Shown piece after piece: positions 156,453 through 170,060 of a DNA stretch of 248,000 nt. The notes beneath the pieces are model-generated. The model made no database searches and was not told where the DNA came from. It worked only from the letters and a program-made list of their open reading frames with translations. The stretch is from assembly GCF_000400465.1 (NCBI RefSeq), contig NW_008806277.1, positions 20,001 through 268,000 on the forward strand. Reading direction: 5' to 3'. How positions within the stretch are numbered: position 1 is the first letter of the stretch; each line of letters begins with the position of its first letter. The translations under genes and the position numbers were made by a program. Source of the DNA: Wallemia ichthyophaga EXF-994 (lineage: Eukaryota; Fungi; Basidiomycota).

Positions 156453-157026
156453 TTAGTGAGAGAATAGCTGGTCCTGGACTTGTGGTAAAAGAGTGATTGC
156501 TGCTACCATCCTGCAGCAGACAAAGACAATCAAAGCAGGTTGCTCAACTTGAACGTTATGCTGGAGTCCAAGTCAAGTCACACAAACCCTGAGCCATATT
156601 CCCATTGGTGAGTTCGCTGAAGAGACCTCTGCTCAAGTCGATCTGGTTGTCTTGGCAGGTAGGGCCTGAAGGGGGAAGTTAGAAGCTGTGCGCGCATCAA
156701 GCTACCAACCCACACAAATCTACAGCAGTCGCGTCCATCACTTTTCCAGTGTTGGTGTTGGTCACCGTGTAGTGCTTCCAGCAGTTGGCACCACCTGCGT
156801 AATGGGCGGTTGGGAGAGCAATGACCATGTCCGATGGCTGCGACCACGCACCACACGCGCCTAGGCCGACAGCGAAGAAGGATCCAATGCCGTTAACGAG
156901 CCCGCGTTGTGAAATTTCGTGCACCTCTGCATCCGTCTTTGCGACGGGTGCTGCAGTGGCCAGGCAGAGGATTGCGGAGAGCGAGAGGAGTGCCATGTGT
157001 ATGATGTGTGCTTGTGAGATGTTCAT
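156453..157026 (-). CDS. Secreted RlpA/expansin-like (loosenin-like) protein
   Basis: Signal peptide, GLGACG, VDLC. Confidence 0.78.
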
Positions 157027-157638
157027 GTTGTGTAGTATTGTGCAAAGAGTGTGGTGGCTGCTCAGCAGTGTTTGTATTGTGTTTGTTGTGTGTGGTGGCA
157101 GAAGTCGAAAAAGCACCGCCAGCTTATATAAAACTCAGGCGTGTTCTCGACTACAGGCACATATGTCACCACGCGCGAACGCTGTGACATTCCTGTCTGA
157201 ACTTTCTAGCTGAGCACGAGATAAAAGACAAAAGACCGAGATCGAAATAAGATGTTTGGAGTGTAGATGGATGTACCAGTACTTACATTCACTGATTTAT
157301 GCATTTGATAAGCGTGTGTCCACTCTCCCTAGCCGTTGAAATGGACCGTGCGTCTGAGCCAGGAAAGCAACGGATGGAGGAATAAAGAGGGACTTGTATT
157401 TCAATGAGCACACAAAATAACCTACTCTACTCAAACTGCAGAAACATGCATTCTGAAAGATGTACTTGAAAAATATCAGGCTTTAGAGAAGAATAAGCAG
157501 CAGCGAGAGCCAAACCAACAACCACACTCCCACATAAAAACAGAAACGCCTTGAATAAAATTTATATTTCAACTCGAATTCTGCTGCCTACCCGCCTACC
157601 TCACTCAACCCCGAACGACAAAACCTTTATACCTAAAA

Positions 157639-158707
157639 ATGTCGCTTGATGTCGGAGACGTTGACGCGTGGATAGACACTTTATCGCAGTGTAAACAACT
157701 ATCAGAATCTGACGTTAAATTGCTTTGTGACAAGGTGGGCGTCCTGCCAACACACACAGCAATTTCTAAGCAGATACACAGGCCAGAGAAATCCTTATCG
157801 AAGAGTCTAACGTACAGCCCGTTAGATGCCCAGTCACTGTCTGTGGTGATATCCACGGCCAATTCGTGCGTGTACCGCTTCCGTAGTCGTCTAGTCCCGC
157901 TTATCGACGTCTAGCACGATTTAATCGAGTTGTTTAGAATCGGTGGCAATTCCCCTTCCACTAACTATCTTTTCATGGGCGATTACGTTGATAGAGGTTA
158001 CTACTCAGTGGAGACAGTCACCCTCCTCGTTGCTTTGAAACTCCGCTATAGAGAGAGAATCACTATCTTGCGCGGTAATCACGAGTCAAGACAGATTACT
158101 CAGGTCTATGGCTTCTACGATGAGTGTCTCAGGAAATATGGAAACGCAAATGTTTGGAAATTCTTCACCGATCTATTTGATTACCTCCCACTCACCGCTT
158201 TGATTGATAACCAGATCTTCTGTCTCCACGGCGGTCTATCCCCTTCAATTGACACCCTCGACCACATACGCTCCATTGACCGCATCCAAGAAGTTCCTCA
158301 CGAGGGCCCGATGTGTGACCTCCTCTGGTCCGATCCAGACGACCGCTGTGGCTGGGGTATCTCCCCTCGTGGTGCTGGTTATACTTTCGGCCAAGACATT
158401 TCTGAAGCTTTTAACCATTCAAACGGCCTCACCCTCGTAGCACGTGCTCACCAACTCGTCATGGAAGGTTACAACTGGTCCCAAGACAGAAACGTCGTCA
158501 CTTTGTTCTCTGCACCAAATTACTGTTATAGATGTGGTAACCAAGCTGCGATTATGGAGATTGATGAGAATCTCAAGTACACTTTCTTACAATTTGACCC
158601 AGCACCAAGAGCTGGTGAACCAATGGTGTCTCGAAGAGTTCCGGACTACGTGAGTTGAGTGTCTTTCGTCTCACTTTCATGCTGACTCTCTCTTGCAGTT
158701 CTTATAG
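157639..158707 (+). CDS. PPH21: PP2A catalytic subunit
   Basis: GDYVDRG, RGNHE; C-terminal PDYFL after splicing. Confidence 0.93.
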
Positions 158708-158823
158708 GCTATTACTCACTGTATTTATGTTTGCACTGGGTATTTTACTTGTACAATGTGTAACTACGAAGAAAATGTAACGACGAAAACAATATCAACA
158801 GTTCATATATTATTAGCGATATA

Positions 158824-160470
158824 TCAATCTATTTCGATTACTTCTTTGTGTTTTTCTAGGTGGGTGGTTTGAGTATGGAGGGATTTGATGAGGGATATAC
158901 TCACTCTTATTTCTGCTACTACTACTACTACTACTTCCAAAACCTTCTTCCTTAATTTTTGGCTTGCAATCTACAATCTTATCGAGCGTAGATTGTTTGG
159001 TATCGAACGGCTCAACATCGTGACCAAGAAAAGCCTGCTTTAGGTGTTAGTATGTTGTGATTTGTCTAAGCCAACCCACATCCCACGCACTGCCCGTTTC
159101 TTCCCTATTTATGTGTCAATCTACAGTTGAAACAACTTCAACCAACTCACAGCTTCATATCACCCATCAGTTGTCTTCTGTCAGTGTCTGTTTCGGTAAA
159201 ATCAAGTTCGTCTTCTGTTGTAGAACCTGAATCTTCGTTTTCCGGTTTTGTCTTTGTCTGAGACTTGTTAGGGATAACAATTGATATTCAAGCCAGCATC
159301 ACCCACCATAGCTGCTAAGCGCTTTTCAGTTGCTTCGAGGCGCAACGCGCGCGCACTCTTAGACGTAGCACGTTTTCTATAGGTTGAATTAGGATCTTGA
159401 CCTTTTTCCAAGCCAAGAGAGGCACCATCGACGCGATTACCAGCACCAATAGTCATGCCTTTTCGTGTTAGTGGTTTCTTGCGTTTTTTTGGTTTCCAGA
159501 CGCTAGACTTTGAGCGCGATTGAGCACCACCTAGTAAGTGTGCGAATGTTAGCTGGCGAGTAGGCCTACAGACAAATCTCACCGCAAATATAGTCGGCAA
159601 AATCACCAGCCGCGAGTGCAGTCTGACCTTGAACAGTTGCGTTATCTGCCAAGCGCGTCCCAGAGGACCAGTAGCCGTCACCAAAGTAGCCTTTCTGCCT
159701 GAGAGCTGTAGCCTGTGATCGGAGGTCTTCGTTGTACTGCGTTTGTGTGAGAGTGGCTTTTTTTATGACTGTGGCACACACTTTGTGAAAAAATTTTGAG
159801 TGATTCATGTCTGTGATAGGTGAGTTTGAGTGATTTTTCTGGGTAGCTCATCAAAAACTCACGTTTTATGTGCTAGTGGCTTTATCAGTCGAATCGATGC
159901 CTAAAGACAGCCTCACTCACCGCGAGCTCATGGCAAAGGACATTACTGGGGCGTCTGTGAGTGCTGTTTGGGATGCTTGAAAGATTAAAATTCTCACAGC
160001 AAGAAAGGGAAGGGATAGAATTGGCCGCTTGGTCTTCTGAGGACGAGTTCTGTGATGTCGTCATAAATTGATATTGGCAGACGATGAGCTTGGGCATACC
160101 AACAACCTAATCAGAGTGTTGGATGGTTTTTATGCTACTAATTCCACCCACATCCCCTGCATTCCAATTTCTGCCTACAAATACTTGGTTGAACTGGTAT
160201 TCCTCCAAGCTATTCACCTTAAGCCCCTCAGACTTCATCACTGGCCTAACCTGGGCAGCTAAAGAGCGTAGCAGACTAGGCAACTCATTAGCAACTCCTC
160301 CACTCGCGCTGATCCGCTTCACTCAACTCCCTAGCCTCCTTCTGATTGCTGGCTGGCAATGCCGTAGTAAAATTAATTTCTGGGTTTGGATTCGCCTCCT
160401 TCTCGTTTATCCTGCGTGCATCACAATGAGCTATTATCTACACCCTGAAATTTCCACACCTCAGCACCAT
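158824..160470 (-). CDS. WLM metalloprotease (Wss1-like, many introns)
   Basis: CHELA, FVGRNWNAG. Confidence 0.7.
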
Positions 160471-160983
160471 GAAGTAGAATGAAATAAAGTGAAGTTGATA
160501 CATTGTGCTGAGTAATCCAATCTCAAATATTTTCAAATCGTTCACCGATTACGCCATCTCTGCGATGCCTAGAAGTGGAGCTTGATAGGCATGCTTTATA
160601 GTCACATATCTGGAAATTGGCCGCGGGGATGACATGAAGGCTGTGTAAATTCAATATATACTGCACGTGGAGTCGCTCGCCTTTACTTGGTTGCCCGGTG
160701 CCCGAGTGCCCGGGTGTCTGTCGCAGCAAACACACAGGGAGTTCAGTAGACCAATGTAAGGGGCAAGTATACTCAAATATACGTTTATTATTCCATATGA
160801 CACCCTCAATGCTATCGCAAAACCGTGTTTTACCCTTGTTTCAATTTTTACTCCGCTTTGCCTTTAAAAGCGCACTAATTCACTCTTCTTTGTTATCAGC
160901 TATCAACTCGAAAGCAGCAGAGCTTCTTTCAAGAATAAAACATCTTTAAGTCTTCACAATCTCTTAATCTCACAGCAAGATCT

Positions 160984-162138
160984 ATGTTATTAACATCAAC
161001 ACTCCTTGCAATCGTAGCAACTGTCACAGCTCACGGGACTGTCAACCGTATCGACGTTGAAGGCGGACAGTCATTCTCTGGCCCACTAATCGGCTCAAAC
161101 GACAACAGCGGCCCAATCTGGCATGTCTCAACTAGCAGTCCAGTCACGGACCTCCAAAGCAATTCAATGTTCTGTGGTGTTGACGCTATCCCTGGTCAGC
161201 AATCACCTAATATCGGTGCTGGCTCGACTTTAACCATCCACTGGGGACAAGGTTACGCAGACAGTGGTGACCAATGGCCTCATAACACAGGCCCAATCAT
161301 GACCTACATGGCTAAATGTAATGGTGACTGCAGTAACGCAGACTCTGCCAGCTCCAACTTTTTCAAGATCTCCGAGCTCGGTATTGAGAATGGTGAATGG
161401 GTTCAAGCTCAACTCAAGAATGGTCAACCATACTCTGTTCAAATCCCAAATGATGTCCAACCTGGTAAGTGCATTGTGTGACTACTTAATATGGCTAAGA
161501 CTGTGACAGGTAATTACCTAATTAGAACGGAGATCGTTGCACTCCATTCAGGCGTTGAGAGTTACCCATCATGCTCACAGTTCACTGTGACTGGTGATGG
161601 CTCAAACTCATACGCAAGCGCTACAGCTAAATTCCCTGGTGCCTACTTAGCTTCTGATCCTGGTCTTCAAATTGCCGGTGGATCCGTATACAATATTCAA
161701 TCGAGTGTTGAATACCAATTTCCTGGTCCAGCACCCGTTACTGGAGTTCACTTGGGTGTACCTGTTGGTAGAAACGGAGGCAGCAAAAAGTTTGCTGCTC
161801 AACAGCCAAGCTCGGATTCATCACACTCAAGTTACAGCTCGGATAGCCAATCATTTAGCCAGCAATCGCAACAAAATGAATCAAAGTCGCAATCACAATC
161901 AAATGGACCAGACTCAGAATCTGGTAACTCTGGTTGCAACAACCAATACGAACAATGCCTTCAAGCATATGTTCCAGGCAGCGGAGACTTTGATTGTCAG
162001 ACTCAATTTGTCTCATGTCAACAACAGTCACTAGGAAGACGTTGGTCTACCATTCAAAGACCAACCAAACGCTCAAAATCGTTGAAGCGCACTCAACAAC
162101 GCAACGCTAGAATGATGTATCGTACCGTTCATTTGTAA
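160984..162138 (+). CDS. AA9 lytic polysaccharide monooxygenase with disordered tail and 4-Cys module
   Basis: His-1 after signal peptide (TAHG), HNTGPIMTYMA, LIRTEIVALH, YPSC.Q. Confidence 0.88.
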
Positions 162139-162619
162139 ACGGAGATAACTTCAACGCGGCTTTCATTCTCGAATAAAACAATAAGGAACCGGATTCCTTC
162201 AAATTGATTATAGCACATATCTCCCTCTCTTTACATACCTTGACGGTGCCATGTATTCTAACTAACGCTCGCTTATCTTATAACAGATCTGGAGGTCTTA
162301 CGAAATCACATCAATGTAAACAATACATATTTAACACGATTGTTGATCAATCTGTTTTCTTCTACGATAATTCCTTTTGGTGTAATGTGTGATGTCTTAG
162401 CAGTTGACGAGCTCTGGCACTTATTGCAAAATAAATTGTAGAAAATGGACCATGTATTTAAACAATGATATCATGTATTGAGTTTAAGTCTATTAAATAT
162501 TTGCCCTTTTATCCTAAAAAAACAATTTACTGACAAGTGTTCCGATCTATATGTACTTGAGATTTATAACGCGAAGGAATTAGTTAGTGAAAAATTATTT
162601 CCGTGATGCTACATAGCTG

Positions 162620-164830
162620 AGCGTCCAGCGGCTTTTTGTTTGATTAGAGTTGTCAAATACGAACAATCAACTACTTACTTTCGATTGGCAAAAATATTTG
162701 TGAAAGTCCACAGAATATTAAAAGTGCTCCAGAAACATACAGTGGTGTGGGTGATCCCGCTTTAGCCCCAAATGCGTGAATGATTGGTGCGAGTAAACCG
162801 AAAATTCTGTTCAAGCTGCTGCAAAGCGCGTCACCGGTAGCGCGATGTGGTCCAGGGAATGCTTCTGGTGTGTACTTTGGAAAATATCAGTAAGTTGAGG
162901 CTAATAAATCAACCAACTTACAGCAAAGAGAATACCATACATAGCATTTTGTGCGAAGGAGGCAACACATTGGAATGCGAGAATAGAGTCAGGTTGCTTC
163001 GTTGATGAGAACAAGAAGATGAAGATACCGGTTAAGATGGAGAAAATAGACAGTGCACCACGTCTACCAAACCAGCGACCTTTGACTTCAACGAGACCAG
163101 CAGCTATTAATGAACCTGGAATACCCAATACTGCTTGGATGGTGTAATCACGATATGTGTGATAAGTGTCCGAGTTGGTTTTTCCGTTCAAATAAGTTGG
163201 CAAGAATGAGTTGTATAAGGGGTAAGCAAGTCCGATGAGTGCCCAAGACATCATAAGTAAAATTGTGTTGATTGCAAGCTTTTTGGTGGCGAAAAGAGGC
163301 TGCAAAAATCTTAAATGATCTGAAGAGCGAAAGAGCGAGGAAATTACGCACCTTAATATGATTCAAGTTCATATGAGCCAAGTTCATTTTTATGAGCTCT
163401 TTAGTGGAGAATTTCTGTGGCTTTTGATCGAATTCCAGGCCCTGAGCACGAATGGCATCCTTCATCTTCTCCAAAGTGAGTGGGCATTCGACTCTGTTTT
163501 TCTTTGCAATATGCTCAATAACAGCAACAGCAGCCTCATCCTTTCCTTGGCTGAGGTAAAACTATACATAGTCAATACCGTACCTATAATTATGATTAAA
163601 CCAACCTTTGGAGATTCCTTGATCGGCAAAATGAAAGAACGAGTAAGGAACATCAAGAAAGTGAATCCGCCAACAACAAATAGACCATAACGCCATCCAG
163701 CATTAGTGTCCCAATTACAATTGCCGGCATCTGCCATAGCCTGATCACAAGCCCACTGCGGTTGACTGACGAAACCCCAAACAGCGACAGAACTTATTAC
163801 GAGACCGAGTGACCAGAAAGAGGAGAGCAAAGTAAGCAGCCATTGCTGTTTGGCTGGCAGGAATTCAAGCAGAAGCGCTCCATCGACTGGGAGATTACCG
163901 CCCAATCCTAGTCCAACACCAGCTGCCATGGCAGAAAAAGAAACGAAGCTGTTGGCTGATCCGATAGCAGTACCAAATGCACCACAAAGAAAAAGTGATG
164001 CATTGAACGATAGGAGCTTTTGACTGTTATGATGTATAGGTGAAGACAGATTGTACTCACACGACCAAATATGTCAGCTGAAAAGCCGAAGAAAGTAGCA
164101 CCAATAACCAAACCGACATAAAGTGCGAGCTGTGTATGATTAGTAAAAAACTTTTCAGTGTGATTTACTTTAACGTACAGTTGCCATCTCAAAATTTTCT
164201 GGTTGGAATTCATAGGTTATCCAGGTCAAAGAGACGGCAATTGCTCTGGGTGGTGGAAGTGTTAAGTTGGTTCAAATGCGTATGCAGGTGTACTCACTGA
164301 ATCCTGCATAAGTGTGAGTTTTTATGTGAGACCTAGTCAAATTAACGCACCACATGTTATCAGCTGAAAAGATTTAGTTAGGCTATTCGAATGCATGACC
164401 TCACTCACCAAGCCTGCCGCAGAGATTTAGAAGCTGTAAATATCAGAATGAACGACTCACCATCCCATTCCTAGTCATGAGTGAGCAAATATGCAAATCA
164501 ACGCTAACGAAGAAGGCTCACCTGCAACAAAGAAGAGTTGAATCTGATATCTCCCGAAGCCCATTTGATTCAGCGCATCGTTCACCTTAAACCTTGTCAG
164601 CCTTAGCTAATTTTTAATTAAGCAATCTACCATTTGGCATTTTATCTAGTAAATGACTTAATCAGCTCTGATAAAAAGCTTAGGCTTGGTGCTTACAGTA
164701 TAAGAATGCTCCAACCCATATGCTGAGCTGTTATCCAAACTCGATTCCGACTCGCTCACTTGTTTTGTATCGTAGAGAACCTTCTTCTCAGGTGATTGGT
164801 CTGAATGGTTAGACTGCGTCTGTAGCTGCT
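162620..164830 (-). CDS. MFS transporter (SV2-like, many introns)
   Basis: GLGGNLPVDGALLLEFLP, ESPK, FGRRGAL. Confidence 0.8.
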
Positions 164831-165469
164831 GTTCCATGTCTTTATTGTTCATTTCAATTTAATTTAAACTCGCTCCTGATCAAGGATTGCGCTCCGCTCA
164901 CAAGTTTGACGATCTTGAGGATTCTCCCATTAATATAAAATGAATATGGGAGCATCGTTATTTTTATAAAAATAAGCAAGTCAATCACTGACCTGAGAGC
165001 AAAGCGCACGTATTTTCCTCGGCTTTGTACGCTCATTCAACGAAGAGATTTAGCCAATTTCACCATCATCTGATATCATCATCAGTTACATAACAATTGT
165101 GATGTGCATTAAGAAATCTATCACGCTTTACAACTTTTAAATTAACTCTTTTATATTCCATGTTCTTTTCTTTCTATCCGCATCCGTAAATCTTTCTCCG
165201 CCGTTTCACACCCTGCCGATAAGCGGTACCCAAATTGAGTCTTGTTAGCACCGATGAGCTTCTTGAGTTATTCTGCATTCCACAATACTTTAAACTAAAC
165301 GTTTTACATTCATGCCAAATGCCAATTAATTCCGAATCAAATTTTTGAGCTTCACGCCCTTCAAATTTCCAAGTCAAATCAAATTTTTAAAGGCGCTCAT
165401 TTTGAATACTAAAGGGGAACTTTCACGACTCACCTCAAATTAAAAAATCGCACATATCTCCGGCAAATG

Positions 165470-167690
165470 ACGAAAAAATCGTGATTGAATCACACTGGCA
165501 TGCAAAAAAAGAATCTACGCATGAATTAATATAATTTTTATGCCGTAACTCCAGATTCCATTTCGCTGATATCGTACCTTGATCATCTCGCGCCACTGAT
165601 CCAGTTACAGACATCTGAGAAGACATTTGACTCCAAATTACGTAAGTCTATTCAAATCGGTACAATACTGATAGAATCATTACAAACAACTTGTAAACCG
165701 ACTTTAAGCGAATCAGCCAAGTTGCTATCGAATTTTTGTATAGTCTTGGCGGGCTCCTCGCCGATACTCTCGCACGGGACATCCCGCTCCATTCTATTGA
165801 GCACCTCATTGGTCGACTGTGATAAAAATGTTCTGACGGCGAGTGGATCAGATCTCAGTGCTGCGGGCGGCAGGGTATTCTTCAGGTTTGTGTGCGTCGC
165901 TTGAAGCGCGCCTAAAGCTTGTGACGCTGGCAAAGTTGTGATATTACCCTGTGTAAGCGTCGTCATGCGCACGACTGGAAGCTTTTAATGAGGTCAGCGG
166001 GTGTGCACGTTATCTAACGGTAAGCTCACAAGGAGATAGTGATACGAGGAGGCATTGGGTAAGTAGCTGTGCCCGAGTCTGATTGCAGATACCAGAGTGA
166101 AAGCAATGTCATTCAATAGTGTCTCTTTGAAAGAAGACGCGGAGATTGACTTCCAGTTCTTGATCAATAGTTCCAGAGTGTTAGATAGAGTAGACCATAA
166201 TTCATACCAATGGTATTCTGTGGAGCGCGTTAGAATGTGGTACACTAATACTCAATAACCACCCACGTAAGCTCGCCTGCAATCGCTGAATATGCCAGAG
166301 CGCACGATTAATGATATGTACTGCAATTAATGAGTTCTCAATGTTAAACTCCTCCTTCTCTGCAGGCTTGGGTATATTGAATCTCAAGTATATTGTACAG
166401 CAATCCAACACTGACTCCATCATTGGTCTATATGCTTTCGGTACTGGTAGTTGAGGCTTCCGCTGCCTACATATGTCTATGCGTCTATTGTCTATAACTG
166501 GTGCTGCGGAATTTGGTGTTAACGGTGTGTTAGTACCGTTGGATTGTAAAGGCTGACTCTTTGGTGATTGTGGCACTGAAGATGGCGCGCTCTTACCTGA
166601 AGAGTTTGAGGAGGTTGGTTTGAGAAGTACCTCTGCGCATTCATCTGCCTCTACTAAGGCTGAGACGGTGTACAAACCTAACGAAGCATATGCTTGTGCA
166701 CGCTTATTGGCGGATGCATGTGTGAAGATGTACGAAAGTGCGGAAAGTAGAGTTACTGGAGCGTTAGGTTCACCTGGCGGTTGACTGTAAATCAAAACCT
166801 CGCATAGCAAACCTGAAAATATTGAGTTGGCATTAATGAACTCGAAAAATGGCAGTAGAATGGCTGTCACGTTGGCAGGTCTAGAGAATCGCGTTAGCTT
166901 TGTCCTAAGCACCACTGAAAACGACCCACAAATCACCATACACTTCTTTTGATATATTGGAATCATCATGATTGTTTGAAAAGGGCAATATTGACATTAT
167001 TGAGTTGGAGATAGACTTAGCAGGTAGTCTGGTGTGATATTCACTGATGCATTTTTCCATTGCAGTGCTCGTTATCAAGATAATCTTTTTCATGACGTCT
167101 GTCTCAACAAAATCACGCACACGACGTAGGTATCTGTTGAGATTTTGAGCTTGAGCTTTGTGATAGTTGGATAAAACGCCTATCAAGAGAGTGGCCTCAA
167201 AAGTGAAACCAGTAGTCGGAGGGGAGGAAATGATTCTGATGAGTGAGTTGAAGAGATCACGTCTTTGAAAGAAGGCACCTATAGCACCTTGATTAACACC
167301 ACAAACAAAAAGAATTGTCAAGTGTAAAGTGCGATGAATTGTGGCAGAGTTAGCTTCGGGGTATTTAAGGGTGTTGTCGATTGCTGCGACTAAGTCAGAT
167401 ATTGTTTTGTCGCTATGTCCATTGCCGCAAAGAGCTTGGGTGATGTTTGTAGATATCTTAAGCTTTGAGATAACAGTTTTTGAGAGTAAAACCATTGTCT
167501 ACGAATTTGTATTAGCTGTGCAGAAAGCAAAAAACACAAGCAACGTACGTGTAAAGCGTTGAGCTTTCTAGGATCATCGAAGGAACTCTTTTGATAGAAC
167601 TCCAAGGACATAGTAAAGAATAGAGTGATTATAGGCTGAAGATCCTTTTCAATCCTCGTTGATTCAAACTGATCGAATTGAGTTGCGAAC
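165470..167690 (-). CDS. ARMH3/DUF1741-like armadillo protein
   Basis: FVCGVNQG, VLSNYHK, NAPVTLLSALSY. Confidence 0.6.
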
Positions 167691-167965
167691 CAGAGACGGT
167701 GACTGGGCAGCCAATCAAGGCAGAATAAATCGGTGAAGAACCTCTTTTGATCAGATTCGGCGTCCTTTGGTAGTTTTCCCTGGTGTGGATAAGAATGAGT
167801 GCGATAAGGAGGGTATAGCGTACATCAAAGAATTGCTGGTAAATAGAAATGAGCTTTGGTTGTCGTTGAACAGCGCTGTGCATTTTGAGTGTACAAATCG
167901 AATTTGACCACGTCGCAGAGAGACGAGAAGGTAACTCGGTTCGGAACGACCAAGTTGAGGATATT

Positions 167966-168366
167966 ATGAGTGAGAAAGCGAGGGAAATGATTGAGATTCC
168001 ACAGCAATTCTTGAAGGAAGGATCTCAAGTGGGTTTGAATGTTTTCAACTGCATTATCACTGATGAGCTGTAGTTCATGAACAGGTGTACCAAGCCAAAC
168101 CAGCGCGGTTAGTAGATTTCCTGGGGAAATTGGCTTTACTAACGTACAAGGAAGAATACATACAAATCTGTAAGGCAGTTGCCATAGGATTTGCTATAAT
168201 GGGATTCATTGGTTACTTTGTGAAGCTGATACACATTCCAATGTGAGTTTGGTGATATATGAATGTAATAATCTAATGCAACCTCCAGCAACAACATTCT
168301 CGTGTAAGAAACCAAAACTCATCGATGACGTATAAGCTAACAGAAGCATACAGCGCTGGTCAATAG
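167966..168366 (+). CDS. SSS1: Sec61 gamma subunit
   Basis: [27 protein letters not shown]. Confidence 0.9.
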
Positions 168367-168545
168367 AATGTAAAGGTTAAAAAGGGGAATCGTAAACTGA
168401 ATGAATTTGTGTACTAAATAATCTCATATCATTAGTCTCTTTCCGGGATATTTGTGTGATGCTTATGTGAAAATTGATGTTTGAGGCTATAACGGTGTAA
168501 TCTGAAGCGATCTGAGTACTCTAAACCTTTTACCAAGTCAATTAA

Positions 168546-169007
168546 ATGTCAAGTTTAAATTCAAAATTATTTTCCAAAAAGCAAACACAGCCTCGACTTC
168601 CCACGCCATACCTACGACCCTCTGAAATGGGAAACAAGCAGCCTTCAGCGAAACCAACGAAACCAGCGACGCTTCTGTCACCTGCGAATATATTAAAGAT
168701 AGCTATCACTCAATTAACATACCCTTTCTCACTGGTCAACAAGAAAACGAAATCGACTAAAAATAGATTAATCGATCACAACCAGAGCAGGCTGAACAGA
168801 TTACTTCATTTGATAATGACTGTTTCAATGCTTATTATCGTCGTTATCACATTTTATATATTTCAAACCAAGATTTCGCGACAAATTCAATCTCAAACTC
168901 AGTCATATCCGCATCAACAGCCAAGGAGAATGTGCAGGCGGCGCATTCCGAGTAAGTGTGGTGCTGCTGATGATATTCAGCTACTGATTTTGCATTCAGA
169001 TGGATAA
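168546..169007 (+). CDS. Hypothetical single-TM protein
   Basis: ORF with one TM segment. Confidence 0.35.
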   Translation: MSSLNSKLFSKKQTQPRLPTPYLRPSEMGNKQPSAKPTKPATLLSPANILKIAITQLTYPFSLVNKKTKSTKNRLIDHNQSRLNRLLHLIMTVSMLIIVVITFYIFQTKISRQIQSQTQSYPHQQPRRMCRRRIPSKCGAADDIQLLILHSDG

Positions 169008-169144
169008 ATAAATCAAATTACTCAGCAGTTGTTTTCTTTCTTCTTCTGTCTTGGAATATTGTGTCGCATTTCAAATATTTAATTATACAACTGTACAAAT
169101 ATACAACTGTACAATTATACATGATAATTTATTCGTTTAATCAT

Positions 169145-169669
169145 TCATTCCAGCGCTACGCCAACGCGAGTGATACATATCTAGACATAGACACAAAGCT
169201 TTAGCGTCAAATATTGATCACCATAAAACTTAACTCACCCCAATATCATACTCAGACCACCTAAAGGTGTTACCGGTCCTAAAAACTTAAATCTAACTAA
169301 CGTTAATGAAAATTTTGTCATTGAAACACAATCACTAACTTATCTCTGTTCAGCACCAGTGCATATATTGATCCAGAGAACAAAATTGATCCAGTAAGTA
169401 TAGCAGGTGCAGCAAATTTAGACTTTGACGCACGAGGATGCAGACTCGTTGCCATCAGCGCTAAACCGTTGAAGACGGCATAGTGTGACCCTGTCATCCA
169501 ACTCTCAATCTGCCTTGGCTGAATACCCGCTCTTGCACGTAATCCTGCTTATCAATTAGCTGTGCGATTGTCCATCGAAAAATAGCGCACCATGTGCTCC
169601 AAATGCTCCAAAGCCAATACCAGTAGCTGCCAATAAAGCCCCAGATTTCCAAATCACAGTTTCGTTCAT
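169145..169669 (-). CDS. DUF423/TMEM256 membrane protein
   Basis: GFGAFGAHG. Confidence 0.8.
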
Positions 169670-169733
169670 TTTCCCTTTAGCGATGATGGCTGTCTTCTTC
169701 CATCTAACCTCTAAACACCCAACATCCACAGAA

Positions 169734-170001
169734 ATGACTTTGAGCGTGGCTGAAGCTAGTGATCCAAAGAAGAACCCCCTCAATCCAGAAGGCATAAAAC
169801 CGTAAGTCTCTTCACCGAACACCGATAAGCCACTAAGATTTCCTTAGTTGCTGTGTATGTCCACAGACCAAGAAAGCAAGAGATGAATGCTTCCTTTTCA
169901 ATGGCTCAAATGCAGACTCTTCCAACGGCTCATCCGATGCTTGCAAGGGCGTTTTAGAAGCTCATCAAGCGTGTATGCGTTCATTTGGATTCCCAGTTTG
170001 A
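169734..170001 (+). CDS. COX17: Copper chaperone Cox17 (1 intron)
   Basis: Spliced KPCCVCPQTKKARDEC..AHQACMRSFGF. Confidence 0.88.
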
Positions 170002-170060
170002 TCTACCTTTCAACTCTAGACGTCTCTTTAAATTATTAACATTAAGTGTACAAACATTCA

